Counted from the whole stretch's first letter, positions 24,966-38,138 are shown. The stretch is DNA of 63,823 bases, filler included, from Hausera hauseri (GCA_046269625.1; 13 parts of 13 records of this genome joined end to end with filler, not necessarily neighbours in it), one strand, 5' to 3'. The notes: generated by a model from the sequence alone, not told the origin. Program-made: numbers and translations.

Positions 24966-25325
24966 AATTTAGAATATTATATTATTATTTTTATCAAAAA
25001 GTCTTGTTTATTATTTAATTCTGGTTTTAATTTCCTTATGTAAATGGCTTCCTTAATTCTAAAGTTAATTTAAAGATTAAATTAACCTTAGGATTAAAAA
25101 GCCATTTATATAAGGAATTTAAAACCAGAATTAAATAATAAACAAGACTTTTTGATAAAAATAATAATATAATATTCTAAAATTTTAAATTTCAATTAAA
25201 ATTAACTTAAATTAATATTAACTTAGTTAAATATAAAATTAAGTAAATTAAAATCATTTGTACAAACTAATATTAAGACAATTCATACTCTGACGAAGAT
25301 CTTAATAAGATCGAAATATCAATTC
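24966..25325 (+). mobile_element. Penelope-like element 3' end: GIY-YIG tail in inverted duplicate, plus hammerhead motif
   Basis: Arms of about 105 bp (24966-25071 and 25079-25183) encode RIKEAIYIRKLKPELN, the C-terminal Penelope endonuclease motif; a hammerhead core follows. Confidence 0.75.
25280..25325 (+). ncRNA. Minimal hammerhead ribozyme motif (Penelope type), possibly degenerate
   Basis: CTGACGA-A-GATCTT-AAT-AAGATC-GAAA-TATC: both core boxes, a perfect 6-bp stem II and a palindromic ATAT in place of stem III. Stem I pairs poorly. Confidence 0.6.
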
Positions 25326-25707
25326 AAAAAATTCTCAACATTATTGTTCTCAAAAAGATTTATCATTTATCATTTTACATTATCTCAATGTTGCTCCAAA
25401 AACTTCCGTATTCTGAATATAAATAACTATTATTTACAAGACATAAAAACAACGTACTTGTATATAACAGTTTGATAGTATTTAGGTGTTAAATATTATT
25501 CTGTTACATTTTGTTGTATAAACAGAGGACAAAAGTCAGTAATGAAAATATGACCTGAGAAGTATAATACATAGTCATGTAAACCTCAACATCCATAAAC
25601 GATTTACAATGGTAAATATATCTTGCTTTCTAAACGTTAATTTATCTGTTAAATTTGTTTATTTCATTTATTCTTAAAAGCGCATTTTTTATAAATTTGT
25701 TAACATA

Positions 25708-25828
25708 AGTAGGGGAAAGGAGGACACGAGGCCAATATAAATTTTCTATCTCGGGATCCCCGCTCCCCCGGGATCGATAAATCGATACTGCACATGTGCC
25801 AATCGATAGTACACCCTTTCCCCCTACT
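25708..25828 (+). mobile_element. 121-bp non-autonomous mini-Polinton-like element
   Basis: TIRs AGTAGGGGAAAGG / CCTTTCCCCCTACT, flanks AACATA / AACATG (6-bp TSD, one mismatch). Internal CGATAAATCGAT..GCACATGTGCC.ATCGATAGT is shared with the large terminal repeats. Confidence 0.75.
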
Positions 25829-28800
25829 AACATGTATATATTTTTATTAACGCATGTTTATTTTATTTATGATATACAAAGTAATACATTTTGTTTGTCT
25901 GTAAAAATCGTTTCCCTCAATTACTCTTAAGTGTATTTCTACATTTGTCATTATTGTTTTTATTAACACATCGTGTTAATAAAAACTATATTGACCAATT
26001 TAGAAAATATGCTTTTAAGATTCAGCAAATGAAACAATTTTTACTGACAAATAAACTGTACTACTTTGTATATCATAAATGAAATCAGTAAATATCACAG
26101 ATAGTTTAAGTTTTCTTCATTAATTTCGTTTTTTCAAGTCATGATCTATTTATCCACTACACATTTTACAAATATAGACTGATCATGTGTGAAGGCAATT
26201 TTCTTACAAATTATTATAAGTAAAATGTACTGATAATTTGCAAAACTTTATTAGATTGGTATGATACTCAATATAAAATAAATAATTGATAATAAAAAAT
26301 GTACTTACATGAAATGGTACAAAATGAATTTAAAGAAAAAATGGTTCCACCTCCAGTCTCATTTTAAATATATCATCCTACGCAACACAAATATACGCAT
26401 TGTTTGTTTTCTGTTTACGTTTCACTTACATCTTATCATAATTTGTCTAAACTTAGACATTTATAATAAAAAATGTTATTTAACACGTTTAAGATATGTG
26501 GGCGTATTTTCAGATTTGGATATTAATGTGTATTTGTTAAATATTTGTGTTCGGTTTTCAAGAATACACACAAGTTTTTCTTCAAACAGAGACCATTTCA
26601 ATTAGTATATAAGCAACCTTTATTTCCCTATTTGCATTATCTATTTCCAACAAGAACAAATGGACCAATCACAGCCATTATTTTCTTTGCAAACAGATTA
26701 TGATTATGAAGAAACCATTGTTATATCTGATGAAGAAAACAATCAATCAAAGATCGTAGGATCTGAAGTGAATTCAAGCAATTAAAAAGTAATTGCTCAT
26801 GATCTTCCATTATCAACGAATTCCCAAATGACTATGCCAAGTTCAATACAATTAGATAGTACCGATCTTAATATTATAGAATCATCACGAAGTTCATTCA
26901 AAGCGGTTAAATCTTTCTTTGGATATATGATTCATTTTTTAACAAAACCAATATTGGTAAAATTTTCACAGGCAATAACATTGAAAACTTGCAAGTTTGG
27001 CTATCTTATTAAGGATATTTGCGAGGATGACATCAGTGCTTTAGGCAGTGCGCTGAATATAATGCCTGTTACTGTTACAGTTGATCCGGAGTCAATATCC
27101 ATAAAGAAACTAAATAAATGGTCAATTTATAATACCCGAGGCAATAGAATTCAGTCTCTTTCAGCGGAATCACGTGTTATGATAATCATAAAAATTCAGG
27201 TTATAAAATGAGCAGTGCCGAAAAAGCATCACCATTATTGGAAATCTCTGAAGTACACGATGTTGGAATGAATTTCTCAGATGCACAATTGTTTTACTCT
27301 TTGGTTTTATGTTATCAATACATATACTTGTTGATTAACGTTTTCTTTAGATTATACTGTGCCAGAAGAAAGTTAAAGATAAAATATATATTTTATATCG
27401 CCTATTTTTCTGTTTAGTACTATTTTAATTATTGAAATAATAAGTGCGACGTTTAATTTGTTAATTAACTAGCACCATATGTTTAAATTGAGACTATGGA
27501 TGTGGATGATCATTTATTTTCATGCTTTATTATTCTACAACTGGCAAACGTAAAATCAATTATAAATAGACAGGGATGTAATTTAACTAAATTATGACGA
27601 CAATAACCCTCGGTATTCATTTTTCCCGGTGTCCCTCAACGTAGGCGTACAATCAAAGGAATGCCACCGCCTACATCGAACTTTACTTTGTGTGCTGAAT
27701 GCCACTTCTGGTGACACTCTTTATGTTTAAGACTTTTCCTTTCTATTGTTGACATTGCTTTAGAGATGCTCAGCAAACAAAGGAAGAGTTTTGCACAAAA
27801 TAGAATGCTGACAGCGGCTGCATTCCTTTGTTGGTGCTCACCATACAAAGGATAAAATAACGGTAACATCAAGGGCGGTGACATTTCTTTGTGTTATCGA
27901 CTGTATCTTTCTATCTCAGCGAAAAGACAACCGCCAGCGGCAACTTCAAAGGTGGCGGCATTCCTTTGTGTTCTTAACTGCACCTTTCTATCTACTTCAG
28001 TCAATTGTCATATATCCTTGGTAACAAAGATTGACCCGTACAATGAAAGTATGGTTTAGAGTAAATGTTTTTTTGGTAATTGGCATTTAAGTTGACATTC
28101 CTGTTGGTTACTGTCAGTAAGAGAAATCTGAGAGTCATTGGACAATTTAACCATGAAAATATTTTCTCACAATAATATAAAAAGGTACTTTGGTACTGCA
28201 CATTCAACGCTTTAGTATAGCTAAGGAGTTCAACAAACTATTTTCTTTATAATGATTCCGGATTTTGGTCACACAGACAAAAAATTGTTTTAAGTGGCAA
28301 AGTCACTAATGTTGTATTATATTGCAAATATTGCAGGAACGTATATCATCAAATACAGGCAGAATTTGTGTACCGTAGTTAACAGTCATTGTTATAATAT
28401 AGTTTCATATGAATAATATTTTTGAAGTGTTTTCTCGAAATATCAAAGTATACAAATTCAGGGACGATTTTATAATTTTCCCAATTCTCATAATTGTTAT
28501 CAATGACATTTAAATTCCATCGAATAATTCACATATTGACATGACAATTACAACTGTTAAAGAGTCTAAGATCATTCACAATGCATAAACACGTCATAAT
28601 TATGTAATTGATCAGATAAAAATATAGGTGGAACATAAACTTTAAGGAGTTTGTTTAAAAAAATTATTCTGGATTTATGTGATGGTTATTGTATAAAATT
28701 TGTTTTGTAGACATCGATCTGTCGTAGTTGCGATAGACAAAATTGTAAAGAGTCAGTAGACTTGTGCAGCTGTTTCTAACACAATTTAATTTATTGGACA

Positions 28801-28830
28801 ATACATTTATTTTGTAAATTTTAGGAAATG

Positions 28831-29090
28831 AGTTTAATCAATAATGATGGGGGGGTTAATCGATAAATTGATATTGCACATGTGCCGATCGATAGTGCAT
28901 CCGGAGCACTATCGATCCATAAAGCGCCTGGCAACGGTGTCGTTAGGGACGGTTGCTAAGGACACTTTTGCACATTTCACAAATCGATCGCTGCACAGTG
29001 TAGTATTGATCGCATCGATCGGGATAAAGTGCTAATCGATAGAGCACATCGAGTTGCACCTTGATTGATTATGTGCAGGTGCATAGCACA
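28831..29090 (+). repeat. Another Polinton-type terminal repeat, opposite orientation to 24035-24473
   Basis: Reverse-complement similarity to about 24200-24430 including the GATCGATAGTG hairpin; truncated by the contig end. Confidence 0.75.
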
Positions 29091-29190
29091 NNNNNNNNNN
29101 NNNNNNNNNNNNNNNNNNNNNNNNNNNNNNNNNNTTAATTAATTAANNNNNNNNNNNNNNNNNNNNNNNNNNNNNNNNNNNNNNNNNNNN

Positions 29191-29340
29191 GATGTTTTGT
29201 CGACCTAATAAATATCCATCTAACATTTGACTAATTGTGTTTTGTTGATGTTTTGTCGACCTAATAAGTATCCATCTAATATTTGACTAATTGTGCTTTG
29301 TTGATGTTTTGTCGACCTAATAAGTATCCATCTAATATTT
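29191..29340. repeat. 56-bp tandem repeat, about 2.7 copies
   Basis: Units start at 29191, 29247 and 29303 (gatgttttgtcgacctaata...), with no spacers. Confidence 0.92.
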
Positions 29341-29559
29341 CTCTCATAACATGTCATCATTCATGTGTAAAGTTAAATATTTTTAAGGAATAAAGATACA
29401 GTGGACTCGACATATATCGAGACCATATTCCCTCCTCAACAATTAGCACAATTTTAAATGATGCGAAAGATATTTAAATTGATGTTTAAATTGGTTTCGG
29501 AAGCTGCAGAAAGCGAGTCAGAAAGTCAACTCATGAAGATGTGGATGAGGCGCTTCTTA

Positions 29560-30120
29560 TTTGGTATAAAGAAGAAAACTTTACACTTCAAGGGACTGTT
29601 CTATATGAGAAGAAAGGCAAGCCAGGAATATGGACGGAAGCCACAAGCTGAAGCCTTTCGTGATTGGTCGAAGCAAGTCTCCTCGTTTACAAAGCCAATC
29701 TTAAGGCATGGATGAGCAGTGCAATATCTGAAGAATGGGTTAGGCCCTTAGACTTTCAAATGCAATCTGAAAATAGGAAAGTTCTCCCCTTCTCGACAAC
29801 TGCCCTGCCAATCCGTTGAAGATTGAAGGACTTTGTCAGACGCGTGAAGCATTTCATCCATCCAACATGACTTCTAAATTGCAATCGTATGACCAAGGGA
29901 TCATCCTTGCGTTAAAGAGATCTTGCTGCAAGCGCTTACTGAGTAAGTATCTCGTGTCTGTGAATCTCGGAATGCAATACATCATCAATATACTCGGTGC
30001 TCTAGAACTAGTGAAGATCACTTAGATGGATGTAAAAGAAACAACTATTCAGTCATGTTGGAGGAAAGCTGGAATCTGGAAGACACAAGAAACCCCATTC
30101 AACGTCGAAAACGAGGACTT
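29560..30120 (+). mobile_element. Tigger/pogo (CENP-B-like DDE_1) transposase remnant
   Basis: FHPSNMTSKLQSYDQGIILALKR, ETTIQSCWRKAGI and a degenerate LDNCP motif. Confidence 0.82.
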
Positions 30121-30562
30121 TGATACATACTATGCGCAATATTTTTTCATAATTTCTAATTTTAACATTATCCCCTTTCACAACAACAACAACAGCAGAC
30201 CTTTAAATAAATTAAAATATTTATAGGATTACTATATAAGTTTTATCAGTCAGGGTCATCTGAAATAATGATTTGTTTAAATATTATCAGTAAACTCAAA
30301 AAATTCAAATTCTTTGGTGGGCAATAATTTTTCATAAGTTTTAAAATTAGCTGTTTCAGATAATATAATGTGACTCATGGCGAAAATGCATGATAATTGG
30401 TTAAGACATCGATCCAAAGGATATTCTGCGGTATCAGTATCACCCGTATCTGATGAATAATCCGGCATATTTAAAATATGACTAGAATTCATGACGTTGA
30501 AGAAACCAAAAAATCTATTTATGTAAACAAAATATTTGGAGATTTGAAATAATTTATTTTTA

Positions 30563-31610
30563 TGTGAACCGTGTTTTATATTATTATTTAATGAAATTTA
30601 TTATCCGATTTTAAACCTTACATCTCCCTTAAAAGGTTTCAACCACTCTACATTATGAACAACTTGCATTCCATATGGACCCTGAAAGACGTAGCTTCTG
30701 TCATGTGGTTTTTTGCTAATTATCCGTCACATCGGTTTTCATCTTTTCGTTTCATGACTTTCTTGGATAGAACAACATCTCCAATCTTAAATTCTCTTCA
30801 GACCGGTAGTATGTCATGAATGTTTTTTATCATTTCACGTACTTCAGAAATTTCTTTCGGATTTACTATATTATTTTCACTCCACACTTTGGAAAGTTTC
30901 CGACCAAACTCTATCTCTGATGGACTATAACATATCGTTTTTTGAACTGTAGCATTTAGCATATATTCTATTTCTGAAATTACTTCTGGCCAAGCTTTAT
31001 GCTTTTTGTCGCCAAGTCGAAGAACTATAGAATCTGGAATTGTTCGAAACTGTCTTTATATCAACCCATTGCCACTATGACGATATGGACTGCAATATCT
31101 TAATTCTATCTGGTATTCGTTTGTTAGTTGTTTCATCATTTTTCTGCCGAAAGGCTTTCCACAATCCAATTGGATTATCTTTGGAGGGCCAGATTTGTAT
31201 ATTCAGTCGTCTAAAAGGATTTTTGATACTGTACTTTCATCCTATTTGGTTACAGCCTTCACTACAACATACTTACTAAATCTGTTAATAATAGCAATTA
31301 TATATATATATATGACTTTTCGTGATATGTGAGTTGTAATGTCTAAAAATTCGAATACAATTTCTTCGAAGGTCTGTTTCGTATGGGTTTTGAGTAATTG
31401 ACAATTCTTGCAATTTTGAACTGTTCTTTGCAAATGTCTTTGATCTGTTCCATATCAAATATATTTCTTTTTTCGCACATGCATGAAAGACGTCACTGTG
31501 TGTTCTTTTTACATTTTCTTACATTTTTCTCTGATCTTTTGGAATCCAGATTTGTCCTTCCTACGTTTGTACAATACCATCCTCAATTTTAAATTTATTT
31601 GTGTAGTTAG
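30563..31610 (-). mobile_element. Ty3/Gypsy integrase remnant with PPT and start of the 3' LTR
   Basis: VQNCKNCQLLK, IIAIINRFSKYV and terminal VHNVEWLKPF, then AAGGGAGA (PPT) and TGTAAGG starting at 30622 on the minus strand. Confidence 0.75.
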
Positions 31611-31762
31611 AATGTGGTGCCCACAGCGGCCGGTGCCATTTGGCCCATTTGGTCGGGCACGGCCGGCCTTTCGTTGCTGCCGCGTCGGGCCCATAGGCGG
31701 GTCCCGATTTTCCGCCTCAAAAATTTCTGATTTTCGCTCAAATACACTTCATATACAGAGAT

Positions 31763-33240
31763 GATGACCGATTCCAGACGTTTCTCACGCACATCCGTGT
31801 TAGTTTCCGCAGTCCATCGGCGTCCCGGTGCACGTTTGCTTCTCACCTCAATCTTTACCAATCGTGCTTCATCGTTCGTTCCAACGGCAAAATCAGCTCG
31901 ATTAAGAAAATTGAGTCCATTTTGTACAGGCCGATTGAGCCCGAATAGTCATGAAGCCCGACCGTTCAGTATCTCGGTGAGAACTTTGCTTGTGATCTCA
32001 TGAAAGGAGGTTCGGCTTATCTGGATAGGTACCTCGATGAACTGCAAAGCAACCCATCGGCCTGTCTCAGTTTCGTCGTCAATTGCATCTTCACCATTGT
32101 CCGCTGTCAAGATGCTGATCAACTTGCTTGACATAACTCCATGATTGTTGATACTGTTCTCCAAGTATCTACGCTTCCTGGAGAATGGATGACAGGATTC
32201 TTTAGTCTTCTTATGCCCTTCAAAGCATTTTTTGGGTATTCAATGTTTATGAAGGATTTTATTTCTATGCTTCAATCGAATGACCTACTTGTATTCGAGA
32301 ACATTTCCGTACTCATCACCACTCTGATCGCTAGACATTGTTTCACATTTAACGACCTATTGAGCAAAGTAATTTGCGTTGTCATGACACAGGGACTTGA
32401 AGAGCAGTCGTCCATTAGCCTGAAATGCATTCCAACCACGCCTCTTGCAATGTTCATTTTACGTCGATTATTCACGATTGAGTCCAACGTGAACGTAATG
32501 TCAAACACGAGTGATTTTCAGTTGAAAGATGTCAATTTACTAACATTTTCTTTGCAAAAGTTACGACAGAATTTTTTGTTGGCATTTTGAAAATGCTAAC
32601 TGTACATAGCGTAAAGGTCGGCCTCAAGATGCAGATAATTGTAACGATGGTTTTTTTAATCCAGTCATCTTATCTAAACACTCGCGAGAATATATGATCA
32701 AAATTAATGAAAATGTTTTCCAAATCGAAATTTGGGATCTGGCTCTGACAGTCCTTCGAGAAATTTGCTGTGTTCCGTGGGTGTGCATAAAATTTTCCAT
32801 GGAAACACCAAATAGGCTCATTCAGGATAACGTGTTGATTGACAAAAACATATCAAATACTCAGGTTCGCAACTTGCTAAATATTATCTGTTTCGCCAAG
32901 GAGCATCAATGGCGTTTGTCATGTTCTAGTAAGGACATTGCCGATGTGATGACAAAAAACTCTCAATAAACTTAATCTATGGTCTCTACATTTTGATCTA
33001 ATGAAAATGCAATTGCTTCTCACACATATTGGACAGGAAGATCAAAGGGATATCATTGAACATGTTTCAAGGGACATCATCAATTTATTTCATTATCAAG
33101 CCGAACAACATGAAATGAATTTACAAGATTTAGAGACAGATGTTCTTAATCTCGTCCCGGTACTAGATATTGAATCGTCTTATTTGATCCCACTTCTGAC
33201 ACCATTTTAGTTTCATAGACTCCGTTAGAGTCGTATCAAT
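31763..33240 (+). pseudogene. MED12: Disrupted Mediator subunit 12 central-region fragment
   Basis: Colinear MED12-like blocks: LYQSC...ILYRPIEPE; LQSNPSACLSFVVN; EWMTGF...NDLLVFENISVLITTLIARHCFTFNDLL; LALTVLREICCVPWV...LIDKNISNTQVRNLLNIICF; NLWSLHFDLMKMQLLL. Several stops and frameshifts. Confidence 0.78.
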
Positions 33241-33409
33241 AGTTTGACACATATAAGCATTGCAATCGGTTAACGTTTCATGAAATGGCGGCAGTTNNNN
33301 NNNNNNNNNNNNNNNNNNNNNNNNNNNNNNNNNNNNNNNNTTAATTAATTAANNNNNNNNNNNNNNNNNNNNNNNNNNNNNNNNNNNNNNNNNNNNAATT
33401 GATCGGATG

Positions 33410-36400
33410 ATCGTTTGAGATGCAACAGCCTTTGATTGTCCTTCTTCTTCATAGATACGGCGATAATCACTCATTTATTTCCGTCTGGGCCAACTGAACT
33501 CCTTTGGCGCGCATTTTCGGTCCACCGTCAGTTAGAAGCCTATAACATTTGGCCCATTCCTGATACTGAACCAGACCTTCACTTTCATCCTTGAAGCAGC
33601 CGATTTTGTTTGTGATGGCGTTGCTGTACAATGACTAATTCTGTGGATAATTTGACGTGTCCAGTAATCTGTCTGACATCATTTGCCGCAGTAATTGTTC
33701 GCAATTGACGTCTTCCAGTTCCAAGAAAAAATTATTTGTGTCACCGGCAATTATATTGATCCTGCATCCGCCGCCAAACATTTGCCGGTAACGTGCCAAA
33801 TCGAGGTACTGCGGCTCATATATCAGCAACTTGCTCAGATCAAATACCACTTGTCCTCTATAACTTCGCCGGTCCAGTACAACTTCTTTCCCGTTTAAAA
33901 GCATGGCAACCAATCCATCGGCAATGTGCATTGATCGCCTGAACTGCGCCATGCTCGTGTACGAGACCAACCGGTTTTCGCTATTAAATAGGCGTACATT
34001 GACCCGATTTTTCAGATTATCTACTGTTTTTCTGTAGAGCGAATTATTTTTTAGTGTTTAATAGTCTTTTCAAATTTTGTACAAGATGCATCTTGCTTTC
34101 CCTAATTCCAACTGATATATGGCTTGAATATCGGAGCCTGTGCGAATCGGACAGCGCGATGCAGCTCTGTGACGCATACACCCAACTGCATGTAAAATTG
34201 CAACAGACGCCAATGAACTATGTAATTTTGTTTAAGTTCATGCGTCATAAGAAGCTTCTTCACCTTCGAGCCCGGTAGACATTGACTGATTGGTGCGACC
34301 GGCAGTTTATCGAGAAAGTCATGCAGCTCATCTGGTACCACGAGATCGGCTTCCGTCAGGTACCCGATTGAGCTGGTTTCTGTTGTGTCTGCTCTCGGCA
34401 GATTTTCCAGAATTGTGTCCAGGTCCTGCTTGTCAACTACCCATTCGAAAGAACCGTATAACAAGGATTGAGAAAGCGCCCAGCTGTACAGGTTATTAAT
34501 GTCGATATATAACAGTGATGTGGTTTCATCACTGGTTACGTGACGCTTGTTGACAAATGTCATGCAGTTACGAATACCAACATCAAACATTCGGTACATT
34601 TCCGGGTCTTGCAATAGCTCGATATCCCGATCCAGTGACATCAGAGCTCATGCCAAACTTATTCCGGGTATTATGTAAAAGTTGAGTGGCTCCAGCCTAT
34701 CTTCTGCCAACGCTTTAGCTCAATATGCCTGAAACACTGCGGCTAACAGGTGAACATCCAATTTCAGATAGTATACACCTACAAGTTTCTGCAGCCAAGC
34801 TTTGCCCAAAACGACTCTACCCTGTGATATTCTTCTTCTGTGATACCGGGCCATTGAGGCGGTAATTCGTATGTCGTCTGGAGCCGCTCGGACGATATCG
34901 CAAAGTCATACGGGAATATACCTTTGCTGCACGCAATATGTACAGGGAACTGAGTCAATGTTAGCGGAACATCTGGCAAGGCATTTACCAGCTTTACCAA
35001 TGATTCGTTGAGAAATTGCGATGAATCAAGGAATCGTATCTGAAACCGGTTTATACGAGCAGACAGTGACAGGTATTTCTCCATCGTAGTCGTAATTACG
35101 GATAGTTCCCAGTAAGAAAATCCGTTTATTGCACATTTCAAAATATAGTGACAATTATAACCCTGAAGTTATGAAATACCACCGGTAGGAATGGCCGCAC
35201 ACGCCTTGTCAAATTGTATGAATTACATGCGGCTCCGAGATACCGACTGGTAAAATGATCGTGATCCGGTACGAGCCGTTCCTGTGCATCGAGCGGTAAT
35301 ATTTTTTGGCACAGGTAACATTCATGTGTGACTGCAAACGTCAGGCTTTCATCTTCGTCTGTCAAGATCAGAGGTTTGGTGCTATTATCGCAATATCACG
35401 GTGCAATTTCAGTTTCCAGTATTGTCTGCAACTGCTGCAAGAAATCGCGTACACAATTCAATACATGGAAAACATAATAATGAGGTTGACCTGCGGCTTT
35501 TTTGGGACAATCAACATATCGACGGCGATTGGAACATGTTTTTGGTCATATATGTTGTTCCGTGTTAAGACAGCTTCGACATCGGCTTATACTACATATG
35601 CCGGACTGTCTGTTTTTAACCAATCAGTGAATATTAGTTCCTTTTTGACGGGCATGACATACATTGTGGTTCCTGATGAATTTTCTCTGCACAGAATCAC
35701 ATGTTGCTCCCATGTTGTTTCTGATCTGAATCCATGCAGACGTAATGGACACCATTTACACGGTATCCGTTTTTCAAAAAAGTGATCACATTCCATGGTC
35801 AGCAGTCTGTCCAGATTTGTCACTGCAACGTAATGGAATTTTTCCTTTTGCTCTAATAGCAACAAATTTATTGGGCTACCATTTGGGTTCCGACAACGAT
35901 AGATTATACCAATATTCGGATTCTTATAGATTTCTTCATTTTCGGGTATTTCAACTATTGAGTTGTACAGGAAAACGTTGATTGACAGAGTCGAATTACG
36001 TCGTTCGAAGGCCGGCATCCATCTTTCATCGAAATCAAATTCGTAAAAATTCTGCCGATATTGATTTGAACGATCAGCATGTTTTCTAACCACTTTGTAA
36101 TGTTTCAGTACCGCCAGAATACTGTAAAGAAAACAGTATTCATCGTTGGTATTTTTTACATTTACTACCGCTAGAGACTGCTTCAATGTTGCAGGTGTTA
36201 GTATGAATGATCACCCGGACAAATATATTATATCACTCAGCTTTGTTATGATAAAGCCCATGGTGACAATTTTTATAATTCGCCATGCACTACCCTTTTC
36301 CGAATAGCTGAAGATTTTCTCCTCAGGCTTTTCGCCTACATCGGCAATAAAATCGTTGGAATACGGTTCGGCTCGATGTGGTAGGTAACATTGTTTCCTC

Positions 36401-37171
36401 TCACCTTCCAAATTTTCAAATACTGCTAGTGCATAATATTGCACTTTGCAGTTGTATTGGAATTTCTCCACTTCTGATTCCGGCCGTTGGTGCACATTAG
36501 GCGGAACATGTCACAGTTTCGTTGTTGTTGTTGTTTTCGCCGACATGTTCACTTTTATGTCCACGTACAATCTGTTCAGATCGCATGTGACTGTAATATT
36601 GGGAATATTGGCTTCCTGTTGCTCCTGTTTTTGTTGTTGCTGTTATTGCTGTTGTTGATGCTGTTGCTGCTGTTGCTGCACGGTACAGTTTTTGAATAAG
36701 TAGTCAAGACTTTTTGAAACCTGACGTTTCCTACTGGTTGTTGAGGGGATGATGATGCTGCTGTTCTTAGTTGAGTCTATAAATAGTTGTTTTTTTTGAC
36801 CGCTTAAACTGGTTTAAGTGGTCCTTGTGCAGATTATAAAATTGTTCATAGTTGATTTCAACAACTATTGAACAACTGGGACAAACGTAGGTCCGTTTAC
36901 TGTGAACCATTGTGGTGCCATAGAACTGCTCTATTGTACTATGGCATACAATAACGTTGTGCACTTTATTATTGCAGTAGTGTGGATATGTGCAGCAATG
37001 CTCAACCATCATCTTCTTAGACCGCGGTAATGGTCCAGGGTGATGCTTGTGAACTTCATAAAAGTCGTCGTACGGCCCTTGGGAACAAACATCACACGTT
37101 GGACACATACGTGTCCTTTCCTCCAACGCTGTAATATTTTGCCATCTGTTGATTACACTGGTTCTCCACAT
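33410..37171 (-). mobile_element. Polinton-type pPolB, degraded, copy A2 (paralog of 819-4480)
   Basis: VVNVKNTNDEYCFLYSILA, HECYLC..VPDHDHFT..LGAACNSYNL, LYIDINNLY, IAGDTNNFF; colinear with contig 1. Confidence 0.93.
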
Positions 37172-37288
37172 GTATGCGTAAAACTAAACATTAAACATAA
37201 CCAAAATGGTCTGTGAAATTGCCTTACTCTGTTATAAACGTTTGTTTCCCATACATCTACTACTATTATTACTACTACTACCAATCAA

Positions 37289-37535
37289 ATGGAACAGTAC
37301 ATTGAAAGTGAAATTTAGAAATTAACCGATGGCATAATGACCGGACATGTGTTTGATGTACAGTTTTTGTGTGAACCCACGGAAACGAAAATATCGAGAA
37401 GGAGCGAATACATTGAATTGATAGTAAGATCTCTCTTCGTAACACGTATCGAGGATGAAATGAGACGAAAATGACAACAATTATGTATTAGTTTCCTCAT
37501 TGGACTTGTATTTTCTGCTTCGCTATGTATTGTAA
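37289..37535 (+). pseudogene. Stop-disrupted homolog of ORF 4655-4903
   Basis: MEQYIESEI*KLTDGIMTGHVFDVQFLCEP...YIELIVRSLFV aligns with the 82-aa ORF. Confidence 0.8.
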
Positions 37536-37691
37536 TGAAAAAGTTGACTGACCGTACTTAATCACACACATATATTATATATATTATTTTGCTATGTTTG
37601 TTTTCGTGAATCAATATAATTTATTTTTCGTGTCTTTGTTGTTACATTTCAGTATAAATACGCGTGCTTCGGTACGGCATGACATTACGGC

Positions 37692-38138
37692 ATGTCCCAT
37701 TTATCAGAACTCATTCGTTTGTATCACTCCTTTGACGGTCTCCAGAGTCACCTTTACAATTTTGATTGACCTTTACATGATGTGCGATATTATTCGCCCA
37801 AGGAGATACTTCTGCGTCGACATATGAAGCAGGTTGTTGGTGACATGGACATGCTATTTGGCCAGATTTTTCGCACTTATCGGAAATTGGGTAATTACTA
37901 TGCGTTGGAATGCAATCCGCATCAAATACGGTTTGTGGAACATTTTGTCAAATGTGATCAGACTGGTGATTACATTATAACGTGGAAATCAGCGGATCGG
38001 ATTTTCTTCAAGCAACACTGCAATGTAATTATTTCCGATGGACTCGTTCATTTTCCTGCTGAATTGGTTAATGCACACGTTTTGTGTGATGATCCCAATT
38101 TTTTATTAAACTCAGATTTAGTTGTACCACATAAATAG
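37692..38138 (+). CDS. Polinton-associated hypothetical protein, about 148 aa, with one in-frame TGA
   Basis: The ATG at 37692 is in frame with listed ORF 37782-38138; TATAAATA at 37653 and AATAAA just after the stop. Confidence 0.5.

Noticed and set aside
24035-29090. One element bounded by the two inverted terminal repeats
   Set aside because: The termini face inward toward the contig centre, so they are ends of two separate insertions extending off the contig.
29191-29340. CRISPR-like array
   Set aside because: Contiguous 56-bp tandem units with no unique spacers, eukaryotic context and no cas genes.
31607-32164. Minus-strand ORFs as a transposase
   Set aside because: The plus strand gives a colinear MED12 match; these are shadow ORFs.
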